64,000 nt of DNA from Acidimicrobiia bacterium (GCA_036556665.1 DATBIX010000077.1:9257-73256); one strand, 5' to 3'; positions 37,452 to 47,717 are shown, counted from the first letter of the stretch. Program-made: numbers and translations. Notes: generated by a model from the sequence alone, not told the origin.

Positions 37452-39107
37452 TCACAACATCGGGATGTCGACCCCGCCTTGGCGAGCCGCCTCTCGGGCT
37501 GTCTCATAGCCCGCATCGGCATGACGCATCACGCCAGTGCCGGGGTCGTTGGTGAGGACCAGTTCCACTCTGATAGCACCCTGCGCGGTCCCGTCGGCTA
37601 CCACCTGGGCGCCGGCGTGGATGGAGTTGCCGATCCCCACCCCACCTCCGTGGTGAACCGCCACCCAGGCAGCCCCCGAAGACACGTTGAGCATTGCGTT
37701 GAGAATCGGCCAGTCGGCCACCGCATCCGAGCCGTCGGCCATCGCCTCGGTCTCCCGATAGGGGGAGGCCACCGATCCCGAATCGAGATGGTCTCTTCCG
37801 ATCACGATCGGGGCAGTGATCTCACCCGACCTGACCATGTCGTTGAATCGCAGGCCGGCCAGATGCCGCTCCCCGTAGGCCAGCCAGCAGATCCGCGCCG
37901 GCAGGCCCTGGAACTGGACCTTCTGCTCCGCCATCCGCAGCCAACGGTGGAGGGCCTCGTTGTCGGGGAACAGATCGGCCAGAGCACGGTCGGTGGCGGC
38001 GATGTCGGAAGCCTCTCCAGACAGGGCGACCCACCGGAACGGGCCCGAGCCCTCGCAGAAGAGGGGCCTGATGTATGCCGGCACGAACCCCGGGTAGGCG
38101 AAGGCGTCGCCATAGCCGGCTGTCAGAGCCTCTCCGCGCAGGTTGTTCCCGTAGTCGAACGTCTCTGCGCCGGCCCGGGAGAAGCCGACCATGGCCTCAC
38201 ATTGGGCAGCCATCGACTCGCGCGCCGCCTTGATGTAGGTGTCGGGGTCGTCGTCGCGCAGCTGCAGGGCTTCCTCCAGGGGGTAGCCGGCCGGGATGTA
38301 GCCGTAGAGCGGATCGTGGGCCGAGGTCTGGTCGGTGACGATGTCGGCGGCGAGACCCATCTCCAGTAGCTGCGGGAAAACCTCGGCGGCGTTGCCGAGG
38401 AGGCCGATCGACAGCGCCTCTCGATCCTTCTTGGCGGCGAGGGCGCGTCTCACTGCCTCGCCCATGTCGTCGAAGCTCACGTCGAGGTATCCGGTCGCCA
38501 GTCGACGCTCTATTCGATGGCGGTCGACCTCGACACACAGGGCGACACCACCGTTCATTGTCACCGCCAGGGGCTGGGCTCCGCCCATGCCACCAAGGCC
38601 GGCGGTCAGGGTCAAGGTCCCGGCCAGCGTTCCGCCGAATCTCTGATCGGCGATGGCGGCAAAGGTCTGGTAGGTGCCCTGGAGGATCCCCTGGGAGCCG
38701 ATGTAGATCCACGATCCGGCCGTCATCTGGCCGTACATCATCAATCCCTGTGCCTCCAGCTCCCAGAAGTGCTCCAGGGTGGCCCAGCGCGGGACCAGGA
38801 GGCTGTTGGCGATCAGGACCCTTGGTGCCATCTCGTGCGTCCGGAAGACCCCGACCGGCTTGCCCGACTGGACGAGGAGGGTCTCGTCGTCCTTGAGACG
38901 CTCCAGCGTTCGCACGATGGCGTGGAGGCAGTCGAGGTTCCTCGCCGCCTTGCCCCGCCCTCCATAGACGATCAGGTTCTCAGGATCCTCGGCGACGTCG
39001 GGGTCGAGGTTGTTGAGCAGACACCGCAGCGCCGCCTCCTGGAGCCAACCGGGTGTGTTCAGGCCGGTCCCTCGCGGGGCGTGCAGCGGGAAAATGAGAT
39101 CGATCAC
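37452..39107 (-). CDS. hutU: Urocanate hydratase
   Basis: [49 protein letters not shown] and [30 protein letters not shown] are diagnostic. GTG 39107 is chosen because the longer track ORF would overlap the upstream permease gene. Confidence 0.93.
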   Translation of the reverse strand: MIDLIFPLHAPRGTGLNTPGWLQEAALRCLLNNLDPDVAEDPENLIVYGGRGKAARNLDCLHAIVRTLERLKDDETLLVQSGKPVGVFRTHEMAPRVLIANSLLVPRWATLEHFWELEAQGLMMYGQMTAGSWIYIGSQGILQGTYQTFAAIADQRFGGTLAGTLTLTAGLGGMGGAQPLAVTMNGGVALCVEVDRHRIERRLATGYLDVSFDDMGEAVRRALAAKKDREALSIGLLGNAAEVFPQLLEMGLAADIVTDQTSAHDPLYGYIPAGYPLEEALQLRDDDPDTYIKAARESMAAQCEAMVGFSRAGAETFDYGNNLRGEALTAGYGDAFAYPGFVPAYIRPLFCEGSGPFRWVALSGEASDIAATDRALADLFPDNEALHRWLRMAEQKVQFQGLPARICWLAYGERHLAGLRFNDMVRSGEITAPIVIGRDHLDSGSVASPYRETEAMADGSDAVADWPILNAMLNVSSGAAWVAVHHGGGVGIGNSIHAGAQVVADGTAQGAIRVELVLTNDPGTGVMRHADAGYETAREAARQGGVDIPML

Positions 39108-39145
39108 CGCGGCGAGACTACGTGTGTGGTGCCCGGGGACGAGCC

Positions 39146-39955
39146 CTACTTCCTCAGCAGCCCGTCGAGGCGGCGCGCCGCGATTCGGGCTCCGATCAGG
39201 CCCATGATCACCAGGTAGGCGATGTGCCCGGCAAGGCTCCAGTCGAAGACCCCCAGTGAGAAGGCCCGCAGCATCTCCGTCCCGTGGTACAGGGGTGACA
39301 GCCTGGCCACCTGTTGGATCAACGGTGGGTAGACCTCGAGCGGGTAGAAAGTGCCGGAGAACAGGAACAACGGCATGGTGACCAGGGAGACCAGGTCGAA
39401 GTCCTGCCACGACCGCATGTAGGTGCATGCGGCCAGGCCGACCGAACCGAAGGCGAACCCGATCAAAACCGCACCGGGGATCGTGAGCAACGCCCACAGG
39501 TTCTGGGTGAGGCCCATGGCGACCATGACCACGAGGAAGGCGATCGAATAGAGGGCGCCCCGCAGCAACGCCCATCCGATCTCGCCGATGGCGATGTCGC
39601 GCGGGTTCATCGGGGTGGTCAAAATCCCCTCGTAGACGTTGCCGAACTTGAGCTTGAAGAAGATGTTGAAGGTCGTCTCCAGGACCGCCCCGTTCATTGC
39701 CGAGGCGGCCATCAACGCCGGAGCCACGAATGCGGTGTAGTCGACCGGCACACCTCCGGGCCCGGTTACGTCACCGACCAGCGCTCCGATCCCGATCCCG
39801 ATGGAGAAGAGGTAGAACACCGGCTCGAAGAAGCCGGTGAAAATGATCTTCCAGAGACGCCGGTAGACGAGGAGATTCCGCTCCCAGATCCGCTGGGCCC
39901 GGAAAGGTGTCATTCGGCCGGTCGGGGTGAGCCGGGCGGGGGCGGAGACGCTCAT
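39146..39955 (-). CDS. ABC-2 type transporter permease
   Basis: [26 protein letters not shown]-terminus and 6 helices, as in DrrB/NodJ-like ABC-2 proteins. ATGA overlap with the upstream permease. Confidence 0.8.
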   Translation of the reverse strand: MSVSAPARLTPTGRMTPFRAQRIWERNLLVYRRLWKIIFTGFFEPVFYLFSIGIGIGALVGDVTGPGGVPVDYTAFVAPALMAASAMNGAVLETTFNIFFKLKFGNVYEGILTTPMNPRDIAIGEIGWALLRGALYSIAFLVVMVAMGLTQNLWALLTIPGAVLIGFAFGSVGLAACTYMRSWQDFDLVSLVTMPLFLFSGTFYPLEVYPPLIQQVARLSPLYHGTEMLRAFSLGVFDWSLAGHIAYLVIMGLIGARIAARRLDGLLRK

Positions 39956-40740
39956 GGTTTCAGCCTCCGCTCGAGGAGCCGTGAGGAGAGCAGCAACCCC
40001 ACCGCGGTCATTGTGGTGAGGTAGGCGAGATGAACCCAGATCGGGAGGTCGGTGACCACGGACGCGTCGACATCGGGCAAGGCGATCTTGCGAACCAGCT
40101 CCACCCCATGGAACAGGGGTGTCACATAGGCGAACCCCTGCAGATAGTCGGGCAACTGGCTGATCGGAAAGAATGTGCCGGAGAACAGGAACAACGGGAT
40201 GATCCCGAACCGGAACATGGTGGACAGGCTGGTGTCGTCCTCCCTGGTCACGGTGAAGGCGGTGACCACGGTGAGGAAGGCCAGCCCGGTTAGCACACCG
40301 GGTGGCACTGCGAGCAGGGCGTGGCCGATCTCCAGGGCGCCGAACAGCACCGAGATGACGGCGAACACGACGAGGATGAAGGTGAGCCGGATCACTCCCC
40401 AGTAGAAGCGGCCGACGACTATGTCGGTCGGGCTGATCGGGGTGGTGATCGCGCCGAAGAACTCCTTCCTCCACTTGATCCCGGCCATCACCGGGAAGGC
40501 CCCGTCCCCGGCTCCGGCCTGCATTGCGGTGGCGGCCATCAGCCCCGAGGCGACGAAGGAGAGATAGGAGATGGCTAGCTCGCCGGCCCCGGTGTCGACC
40601 AGCTTTCCCAGGCTCACCCCCATGGCGGAGAGGAACAGGATCGGGTTGACGAAGCTGGAGATGACAGTGCCGCGCCAGGTGCGGCGATAGGAGACCAGTT
40701 CGCCCTCCATCACGCGAAATGGTCGGGTCAGGGCGGACAT
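39952..40740 (-). CDS. ABC-2 type transporter permease
   Basis: GELVSYRRTWRGTVISSFVNPILFL and 6 helices. The start shares 1 nt with the ATPase stop (TGATG). Confidence 0.8.
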   Translation of the reverse strand: MSALTRPFRVMEGELVSYRRTWRGTVISSFVNPILFLSAMGVSLGKLVDTGAGELAISYLSFVASGLMAATAMQAGAGDGAFPVMAGIKWRKEFFGAITTPISPTDIVVGRFYWGVIRLTFILVVFAVISVLFGALEIGHALLAVPPGVLTGLAFLTVVTAFTVTREDDTSLSTMFRFGIIPLFLFSGTFFPISQLPDYLQGFAYVTPLFHGVELVRKIALPDVDASVVTDLPIWVHLAYLTTMTAVGLLLSSRLLERRLKP

Positions 40741-41666
40741 CAGTCGATCAGCCGCCTTCCGGTGAGCTTGAGGAAGACGTCTTCCAGCGTCGACCTCCTC
40801 ACCAGGACCTGCTCGGGATGGATGTCACGCACCGTAAGCTCGTGTTGGGTCGCCTCGGCGTCCTCGGTGTAGAGGATTACGCGGTCGGCGAGGACCTCGG
40901 TGTCGAGGGCCACCTCGGTCATGCGCTCGGCCATCGTCTCGATCTGCCCGTCGGCGAACCGGATCTCGACCACCTCGCCCGGCGCGTGCTGGCGTATCAG
41001 CTGGCGTGGCGACCCCTCGGCCACGATCCTCCCCCCGTCCATGACCACGAGCCGGTCGCAGAGTTGCTCCGCCTCGTCCATGTAGTGGGTGGTGATGATG
41101 AGGGTGGCCCCCTGCTGCTTGAGGCGATAGAGGCGGTCCCACAACAGATGGCGAGCCTGAGGATCGAGCCCGGTCGTGGGCTCGTCGAGGATCACCAGAT
41201 CCGGTTCGTTGATCAGGGCCCGCGCGATGGTGAGGCGACGCTTCATGCCCCCCGAGAGTGGCTCGACCTGTGACTTGGCCCGGTCGGAGAGCTGGGCGAA
41301 CTCGAGCAACTCCTCGGTCCGGCTCCTGATCCGGGCGCGGGTCATGTCGTGGTAGCGCCCATAGACATACAGGTTCTCGGCCACCGTGAGCTCGAGATCG
41401 AGGTTGTCCTCCTGGGGAACCACACCGAGACGCTGCCGTATGGCACGGCCTTCGGTCCGGGGATCCAGCCCGAAGACGGTGAGCTCCCCGTCGGTGATCG
41501 GGCTCACCGTCGTGATCATTTTCATCGTCGAGGTCTTCCCCGCGCCGTTGGGCCCGAGGAAACCGAACGCCTCCCCTTTGGCTATCTCGAAGTCGATCGA
41601 GTCGACGGCGAGGAAATCACCGAACTTCTTGGTCAGGCCCTTGGCCCTTACCAGCGGCTCGCTCAT
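40740..41666 (-). CDS. ABC transporter ATP-binding protein (DrrA/NodI-like)
   Basis: Walker A GPNGAGKTST, signature LSGGMKRR and Walker B LILDEPTTGLDP. Confidence 0.9.
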   Translation of the reverse strand: MSEPLVRAKGLTKKFGDFLAVDSIDFEIAKGEAFGFLGPNGAGKTSTMKMITTVSPITDGELTVFGLDPRTEGRAIRQRLGVVPQEDNLDLELTVAENLYVYGRYHDMTRARIRSRTEELLEFAQLSDRAKSQVEPLSGGMKRRLTIARALINEPDLVILDEPTTGLDPQARHLLWDRLYRLKQQGATLIITTHYMDEAEQLCDRLVVMDGGRIVAEGSPRQLIRQHAPGEVVEIRFADGQIETMAERMTEVALDTEVLADRVILYTEDAEATQHELTVRDIHPEQVLVRRSTLEDVFLKLTGRRLID

Positions 41667-41720
41667 GAGGTCGCGACGCTAGCTCCGATGCTCGGGTTGT
41701 TCGTCCGGGCCGGAGCGGAG

Positions 41721-42212
41721 TCAGTACCGGTCGTATCTGACCAGTTCGGTGCCGGGCTTGCGCCCTCCGCGGCGACCGGCCTTCGCTCCCGGGGCCGGGT
41801 AGCCGAGGGCAACCGCGTACCTCGTTTCCGCCCCGTCGGGGGCGCCGAGGAAGCGGCGCGCCTCGGCATGCCGGTGCAGTGTTATCGGGCAGGAGGCGAC
41901 TCCGATCGCCTTCGCCGCCAGCATGATGTTCTGGGCGGCGCGCCCGATGTCGAACATGTTCCCACCCTCTTCCTTGACCAGGACGATCGTCGAGGCCGAG
42001 GAGCGAATCGGATCGGTGTAGTCGCCGTGGGTGGCGAGCTGCTGGAGACGATCGCCTGTGACCACGATGAACGACCAGTCCTGGCGGTTCTTGGATGAGC
42101 CGGTCCACCGGGCTGCCTCGAGGATGGACTGCAGGTCCGATTCGGAGAGGGGCCGGTCATCGAAGTCTCTGATCGCCCGCAGCTTGAGGATGGAGTCGTA
42201 GACGTCGGTCAT
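41721..42212 (-). CDS. Nitroreductase family protein
   Basis: LRAIRDFDDRPLSESDLQSILEAARWTGSSKNRQDW...FDIGRAAQNIMLAA is the typical nitroreductase pattern. Confidence 0.8.
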   Translation of the reverse strand: MTDVYDSILKLRAIRDFDDRPLSESDLQSILEAARWTGSSKNRQDWSFIVVTGDRLQQLATHGDYTDPIRSSASTIVLVKEEGGNMFDIGRAAQNIMLAAKAIGVASCPITLHRHAEARRFLGAPDGAETRYAVALGYPAPGAKAGRRGGRKPGTELVRYDRY

Positions 42213-42228
42213 GGGCGGCGAGACTAGG

Positions 42229-42675
42229 TCAAGGCCTCGGGTACAGGATCATCTGGGTGCAGCGGAAGAGAGCGATCTTCTTGCCGGTCTCCTCGGCGGT
42301 GATGACCACGTCCCAGACCTGCGTCGTCCTGCCACCGTGAGCCAGGGTCCCCTCCGAGAAGAGGGCTCCCTCGAGCAGGGTGCCGAGGTGGTTCGACTTC
42401 AACTCGATGGTGGTGAACCCGATCGAGCCCGCGGGGAGGTTGGCGACGCACCCATACCCGGCTGTGGTGTCGGCGAGGGCGACCACCGAGGCGGCGTGAA
42501 GGTAGCCGTTCGAGGCGAGGTGCTTCTCCTCGACCACGCAGCGCATCCGGGAGCTCCCATCGCCCAGCTCGACCAGCTCCAGCCCGAGGAGGCCGGGAAG
42601 ACGGGTGCTCCCCAGTCCCTCGAGGATGTCTGCGAGCTCAACTCGGTCGCGGGGGAAGTGGGGCATCTCGGGCAT
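42229..42675 (-). CDS. PaaI/hotdog-fold thioesterase
   Basis: LPGLLGLELVELGDG...NGYLHAASVVALADT...HGGRTTQVWDV. Confidence 0.8.
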   Translation of the reverse strand: MPEMPHFPRDRVELADILEGLGSTRLPGLLGLELVELGDGSSRMRCVVEEKHLASNGYLHAASVVALADTTAGYGCVANLPAGSIGFTTIELKSNHLGTLLEGALFSEGTLAHGGRTTQVWDVVITAEETGKKIALFRCTQMILYPRP

Positions 42676-42707
42676 GAAGGCGGCGACCCTACCGGTATCG
42701 TCCCCGG

Positions 42708-44417
42708 GTGAGCGTGTCGGTGACTCTGGCGGGAAACCGCTGGCGGATCGGCCAGAGGCGCTTCGCCCGGCCGGCGCGGGTGATCGTCGCCCGGGCCGTG
42801 GACGAGGTGCTGCTCGCCATCCGCGCCGCAGAGGAGGCGGCGGAGCGGGGGAGCTGGGTCGCCGGCTTCGTCTCGTATCAGGCCTCGCCCGGGCTGGACG
42901 CCCGTCTCCGGGTCCCCGGCGCGATCAGCGGTGGCCTCCCGTTGGTGTGGTTCGGCGTTTTCGACTGGGGGGAGACCGTCGCCGAGTCTCCAGGGACGGC
43001 GCGACTCGAGGACTGGACGCCGGGGATGAGCGAGGCGGGGCACGCCGAGCGGGTGACCGCGATCCGAGAGGCGATCGTCGCCGGCGACAGCTATCAGGTC
43101 AACTTGACCTTTCCGCTGACCGCGACTCTGACCGGCAGCCCTGATGCACTCTTCGCCGCCATGGTCAGGGCGCAACCGACTTGCTTCGGCGCCATGATCG
43201 ATCTCGGGGCGAGGCAGGTCGTCTCGGTCTCGCCGGAGCTCTTTCTCCGCAAGGACGCGAGCAGGGTCATCACCAAGCCCATGAAGGGAACCGCTCCCCG
43301 GGGGAGGTCGACCAGCGAGGATCTGGGGAGACGCGACGCCCTGGTCAGATCCGAGAAGGAGCGAGCAGGGAATCTGATGATCGTCGACATGCTGAGAAAC
43401 GATCTGGGCCGGGTGGCCCGAGTCGGGACAGTCTCCGTCCCCCGGCTCTTCGAGCCGGAGCGTCACCCAACGGTGTGGCAGCTCACCTCGACGGTGGAGG
43501 CCGAGCTGGAGGAGGGGGTGGGGCTGGCCGGGCTGCTCGGGGCGACGTTTCCGTCCGGATCGGTGACCGGCGCTCCCAAGGTGTCGACCATGGGCATCAT
43601 CTCCGAGTTGGAGCCGGTCGGCCGGGGGGTGTATTGCGGGGCGATCGGATACCTGGCCCCGGGCGGTGAATCCGCCGAATTCTCGGTTGCGATCCGCACC
43701 GGCGTGGTCGAGGGCGACCGATTCACCTATCACGTCGGCGGTGGGATCACTTTCGACTCGCTGGCCGGCGCCGAGTACGACGAATGCTTGTGGAAGGCAC
43801 TGGTAGTGACCGACCGGCGGGAGGTACCCGATCTCATCGAGACGATGCGATACGTCCCGGGTGAGGGGATCCCGCTTCTCCACCACCACGTCGGCCGTCT
43901 CGCCGGCTCGGCCGACTACTGGGGGATCCCGTTCGATCCCGTGCGCCTCGGTGAGGCGTTGTCATCGGTCGAGGGCCCTGGTCCGCTCAGGGTGAGGCTG
44001 ATCCTGCGCCGGGACGGTGGGGTCGAGGTCGCCTCGGCCCCGATGCCGACCTGGGACGAGCCGGTGGACTTGTTCGTCTCCGACACACGCGTCGATCAGG
44101 CCGACCCTCTCTGGTTTCACAAGATCGCCGACCGATCCCGCTACCCGGTCAGCGACGAAGACGGCGAGGCTTTGATGGTCAACCTCGACGGCGAGGTCAC
44201 CGAGACCAATCGCTCCAACCTGATGGCCCATCTCGATGGCAGATGGGTCACCCCTCCTGTCGACTCCGGCCTTCTTCCCGGGGTGGCCCGGGCCATCGCA
44301 ATCGCAGAGCGCGGGGTGATCGAGCACCGCCTCACCCTCGGCGACCTGCGTCGGGCTGATGAGCTCGCCGTCACCAACGCGGTGCGCGGATGGAGGAAGG
44401 CTGCGCTGATCGAATAG
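42708..44417 (+). CDS. pabB: Aminodeoxychorismate synthase component I fused to an aminodeoxychorismate lyase-like (class IV aminotransferase fold) domain
   Basis: Chorismate-binding motifs [52 protein letters not shown] and [11 protein letters not shown] roughly 190-aa C-terminal domain (LIETMRY...[14 protein letters not shown]...[13 protein letters not shown]) resembles PabC/IlvE-fold proteins. Confidence 0.8.
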   Translation: MSVSVTLAGNRWRIGQRRFARPARVIVARAVDEVLLAIRAAEEAAERGSWVAGFVSYQASPGLDARLRVPGAISGGLPLVWFGVFDWGETVAESPGTARLEDWTPGMSEAGHAERVTAIREAIVAGDSYQVNLTFPLTATLTGSPDALFAAMVRAQPTCFGAMIDLGARQVVSVSPELFLRKDASRVITKPMKGTAPRGRSTSEDLGRRDALVRSEKERAGNLMIVDMLRNDLGRVARVGTVSVPRLFEPERHPTVWQLTSTVEAELEEGVGLAGLLGATFPSGSVTGAPKVSTMGIISELEPVGRGVYCGAIGYLAPGGESAEFSVAIRTGVVEGDRFTYHVGGGITFDSLAGAEYDECLWKALVVTDRREVPDLIETMRYVPGEGIPLLHHHVGRLAGSADYWGIPFDPVRLGEALSSVEGPGPLRVRLILRRDGGVEVASAPMPTWDEPVDLFVSDTRVDQADPLWFHKIADRSRYPVSDEDGEALMVNLDGEVTETNRSNLMAHLDGRWVTPPVDSGLLPGVARAIAIAERGVIEHRLTLGDLRRADELAVTNAVRGWRKAALIE

Positions 44418-44455
44418 GTTGCAGCGCCGTACTCACCGAGAGGAGCCGAGACCAC

Positions 44456-45172
44456 ATGCCGACCCCGCACATCTCAGCAGAGAAGGGCGACTTCGCCCCT
44501 TCGATCCTGCTCCCCGGTGACCCGCTGCGGGCCAGACACATCGCCGAGCACTTCCTCGATGGGGCGCAAATGGTCAACGAGGTGCGGAACATGCTCGGCT
44601 ACACCGGGTCATACCAGGGAGTGCCGGTCTCGGTGATGGGCACGGGCATGGGCATCCCTTCTGCCTCGATCTACGCCACCGAATTGATCACCGAGTATGG
44701 GGTTGAGCGGCTGATCCGGGTCGGCTCATGCGGCGGGGTCCTGCCCTCGGTGCAGATCCGTGACGTGATCCTGGCCATCGGTGCCTGCACCGACTCGGGC
44801 GTGAACCGCGTCAGGTACGGAGGCGAGGACTTCGCCGCCACCGCCGACTTCCTGCTGCTACGCGCCGCCTACGAGGCGGCGAGGGCTCAGGGCGTCGAGG
44901 TCAAGGTGGGCAACGTCCATTCGGCCGACCTCTTCTACAACCCGGACCCGCAGGCCTTCGACCGGATGGAGGCGATGGGGGTGCTCGCGGTCGAGATGGA
45001 GGCGGCCGGCCTCTACGGGGTCGCTGCCGAGAAGGGGGGCCGCGCCCTCACCATCGCCACGGTCTCCGACCATGTTCGGACCGGCGAGTCGACTTCCTCC
45101 GAGGAACGTCAACAGACCTTCGACGAGATGGTTGCGATCGCGCTGGAGACGGTGCGGATCGACGTCGGCTGA
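44456..45172 (+). CDS. deoD: Purine nucleoside phosphorylase, DeoD type
   Basis: [24 protein letters not shown]...[19 protein letters not shown]...VEMEAAGLY. Start at MPTPHI (44456). Confidence 0.92.
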   Translation: MPTPHISAEKGDFAPSILLPGDPLRARHIAEHFLDGAQMVNEVRNMLGYTGSYQGVPVSVMGTGMGIPSASIYATELITEYGVERLIRVGSCGGVLPSVQIRDVILAIGACTDSGVNRVRYGGEDFAATADFLLLRAAYEAARAQGVEVKVGNVHSADLFYNPDPQAFDRMEAMGVLAVEMEAAGLYGVAAEKGGRALTIATVSDHVRTGESTSSEERQQTFDEMVAIALETVRIDVG

Positions 45173-45371
45173 TCCCGTGTCGTGTGAAACCACCCACCGT
45201 GAGCGTGGATAGATGCACACAGGATTGGTGGAGCGGGTCGTGTGTGCAGCAGGCCACCGTGATGGTGGGTGATTGCACGCGACTCGAGACGGCATCGGTG
45301 TAACCAGCGCGCCATCATTCGAGTCTCAACCGGTGATGCCGGGCGACGGCATCTGGAAATTGGGAGGAGAT
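45173..45371 (+). promoter_or_regulatory. Structured 200-nt leader upstream of the purine permease: tandem roughly 60-nt duplicated stem-loop modules plus mutually exclusive 3' pairings (candidate cis-regulatory RNA, class unassigned)
   Basis: Direct repeats: GTCGTGTG (45179, 45237), CCACCGTGA (45194, 45254), GCAC(A/G)C (45215, 45275) and GACGGCATC (45288, 45345). GATGCCG (45335-45341) can pair with either CGGCATC copy. The SD sequence GGGAGGAG lies at 45362-45369. Confidence 0.4.
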
Positions 45372-46736
45372 ATGACCGACACTGCTGATCGGACCAGATC
45401 GAGCGGGCTCGATTCCTATTTCAAGCTCCAGGAGCGGAGCACGTCGGTCGGCACCGAGATTCGGGCCGGGGTCACGACGTTCCTGGTGATGGCCTACATC
45501 ATCTTCGTCAACCCGTCGATTCTCTCTGCCGCCGGGCTCGACGCTCCCGCGGTGGCGGCAGGCACCGCACTGGTGGCCGGCCTTCTTTGCGTCCTGATGG
45601 GGGTGGTGGCCAACTATCCCATTGCGATGGCAGCCGGGCTCGGGATCAACGGCGCGGTGGCCTTCGGTCTGGTCCTAGGGAACGGTCTGACACCGGAAGG
45701 CGCCATGGGCGTCATAGTGCTGGAGGGCCTCATCGTCCTCGCCCTGGTCGTGGTCGGCCTGCGCGAGGCGATCATGAATGCGGTGCCGCTCGCCCTGAAG
45801 CGCGCCATCGGAGTCGGCATCGGGCTCTTCATATTGTTCATCGGATTCGTCGACGCCGGGCTGATACGTCAGCCGGAAGGCGATGGCCCGGTGCCGGTCG
45901 AGTTCGTGTTCCCCAACTCGACCGGAGCCTGGCTGGCCCTGATCGGGTTGCTCATCACCGTCGTCCTCTACGGGCGCAAGGTGCCCGGGGCGCTGGTCAT
46001 CAGCATCCTGGTCACGGCGGCCATCGGGCTCATCATCGGGTTCACCGAGTTCCCCGACCCGTTCGTGGTCACCCCGAGCTTCGCCACTCTGGGCGACTTC
46101 GACCTGGGCAACGTGTTCACCCAGCTCGGGTTCGTGGCGGCAGCGCTGACCATATTCAGCTTCATGCTGACCGACTTCTTCGACACCATCGGCACTGCCA
46201 CCGCCATCGCCGAGCAAGCCGAGTTGACGGATGAGGACGGCTCGATTCCTGGAGTCGGGAAGCTCTTGTTCGTCGATTCGCTCGGGGCCGCCGCCGGCGG
46301 CGCCGCCGGTGTCAGCTCGAACACCAGCTACATCGAGAGCGCGGCCGGGGTGGCCGAGGGCGGCCGCACCGGTCTGACGTCGGTGGTGGTCGGGGTCCTG
46401 TTCTTGGTGGCGATCTTCGTGACTCCCCTGGCCCAGGTGATCCCCCTCCAGGCGACCGCCCCGGTCCTCATCCTGGTCGGCTTCCTCATGGCCCACCTGA
46501 TCAAGGGCATCGAATTCGACGACTTCGAGGAGGGATTCCCGGCCTTGCTCACCATCGTCTTGATGCCACTCACCTTCAGCATCACCGTCGGCATCGGCGC
46601 CGGGTTCGTGATGTATGTCTTGATCAAGGTCGTGAAGGGAAAGTTGGGCGACATCCATCCGCTGATGTGGGTGGTCGCCATCGCCTTTCTCATCTACTTC
46701 GGGCAGGCTGTGCTCAATCAGGCGATCTCCGCTTGA
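45372..46736 (+). CDS. NCS2/AzgA family purine (adenine/guanine/hypoxanthine) permease
   Basis: LDSYFKLQERSTSVGTEIRAGVTTFLVMAYIIFVNPSIL is diagnostic for AzgA-like permeases. GGGAGGAG lies 3 nt upstream of ATG 45372. Confidence 0.9.
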   Translation: MTDTADRTRSSGLDSYFKLQERSTSVGTEIRAGVTTFLVMAYIIFVNPSILSAAGLDAPAVAAGTALVAGLLCVLMGVVANYPIAMAAGLGINGAVAFGLVLGNGLTPEGAMGVIVLEGLIVLALVVVGLREAIMNAVPLALKRAIGVGIGLFILFIGFVDAGLIRQPEGDGPVPVEFVFPNSTGAWLALIGLLITVVLYGRKVPGALVISILVTAAIGLIIGFTEFPDPFVVTPSFATLGDFDLGNVFTQLGFVAAALTIFSFMLTDFFDTIGTATAIAEQAELTDEDGSIPGVGKLLFVDSLGAAAGGAAGVSSNTSYIESAAGVAEGGRTGLTSVVVGVLFLVAIFVTPLAQVIPLQATAPVLILVGFLMAHLIKGIEFDDFEEGFPALLTIVLMPLTFSITVGIGAGFVMYVLIKVVKGKLGDIHPLMWVVAIAFLIYFGQAVLNQAISA

Positions 46737-46753
46737 GATGACAGTCCACCAAG

Positions 46754-46788
46754 GAGAGAGGGCCCGGAGTCGAGCCGGGCCCTCTCTC
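46754..46788. terminator. Perfect 14-bp GC-rich hairpin between convergent genes (bidirectional terminator candidate)
   Basis: GAGAGAGGGCCCGG-AGTCGAG-CCGGGCCCTCTCTC, read directly. It touches the stop codon of the minus-strand YihY gene. Confidence 0.65.
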
Positions 46789-47717
46789 TAGCCGCTGGGA
46801 TCCGACGGTTTCGATCCGGCCGGCGGGGGACGGAAGTAGAGGGTCGCGTTGAGGGCGATCGCCGCCACCAGGATCCTGGCGACGATGTAGAGCCAGGCGA
46901 GGAACACGGCTGCCATCCCGAGACCCCCGTATAGGTCGCCGGCGGTTTCGAGCCTCGGGGCGAAGTACACGATGGTGATCAGTCTGGTGACGAGGACACC
47001 GGCCGTGACGAGCAGGGCACCCGGGATCATGACCTGCCATGGAGTCCCGGGGGGATGGGGGAGTCGATCGAAGACGAAGGTCAACAGGGCGGCCAGGGCG
47101 AGGGCGAAGAGCAGGATCACGACCACGTCGGTGGCGAACGACCCGGCGAGCAACAGGTTCATCACCCGATTCATGGCGAGGACGGCGGCGAGCACCCCGC
47201 TGACAGCCAGAGAGGCGAGCAGAGGGTTCATCCGTCCCGCCGAGGGCATCCGCCATGCCAACCTGCTGACCAGGCGGAGCGCCCTCACCACCCCGTAACC
47301 GGCCCAGAGCAGCAGAAAGAGCCCGATGATTACGAGATAGAAGGAGGCCCGGGCGGAGGTCTCCACCGCCTTGGCGACCATCGCCGCCAGCGCAGCCGTC
47401 AGACCGGAGTCATGGGCCAGTTCCTCTGGCGGGCGGTCCAAGGTCTCGGCCAGGGATCCGAACAGGCCGACCAGGGTCAGTGCGAAGGGGAGGAACCAGA
47501 GGAACAGCTTGACGGTCAATCCACCTGCGAGGAGGCTCCCGGCGAAGTCACGGTCGCGCTCGTAGAAGTCGTAGGCGATCCGGACGCTGGCCCGGCGCTC
47601 ACGCTCGACCTCGAGACGATGCAGCCCCTCCTCCTTCAAGGCGGTCGCCCGGGTCTTGAGACGCTCGACACGACCGGGAGAAGGTGGCGTGGGTTCGCTC
47701 TCTGAGGTCTCTTCCAC
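46788..47717 (-). CDS. YihY/BrkB (YhjD-like) family membrane protein
   Basis: YDFYERDRDFAGSLLAGGLTVKLFLWFLPFAL...AAVFLAWLYIVARILV. GTG start. Confidence 0.8.
   Translation of the reverse strand: MEETSESEPTPPSPGRVERLKTRATALKEEGLHRLEVERERRASVRIAYDFYERDRDFAGSLLAGGLTVKLFLWFLPFALTLVGLFGSLAETLDRPPEELAHDSGLTAALAAMVAKAVETSARASFYLVIIGLFLLLWAGYGVVRALRLVSRLAWRMPSAGRMNPLLASLAVSGVLAAVLAMNRVMNLLLAGSFATDVVVILLFALALAALLTFVFDRLPHPPGTPWQVMIPGALLVTAGVLVTRLITIVYFAPRLETAGDLYGGLGMAAVFLAWLYIVARILVAAIALNATLYFRPPPAGSKPSDPSG

Noticed and set aside
45173-45371. Assigning the permease leader to the guanine/adenine (purine) riboswitch or to the ZTP (pfl) riboswitch. It contains GGGUCGUG, which as I recall resembles the start of the pfl motif.
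   Set aside because: I could not find the purine-riboswitch three-way junction with its conserved U-rich joining regions. I also found no pfl-type 3' subdomain or pseudoknot partner (CCGCCUGGGC-like). ZTP riboswitches usually control folate and de novo purine genes rather than permeases. The class is left unassigned.
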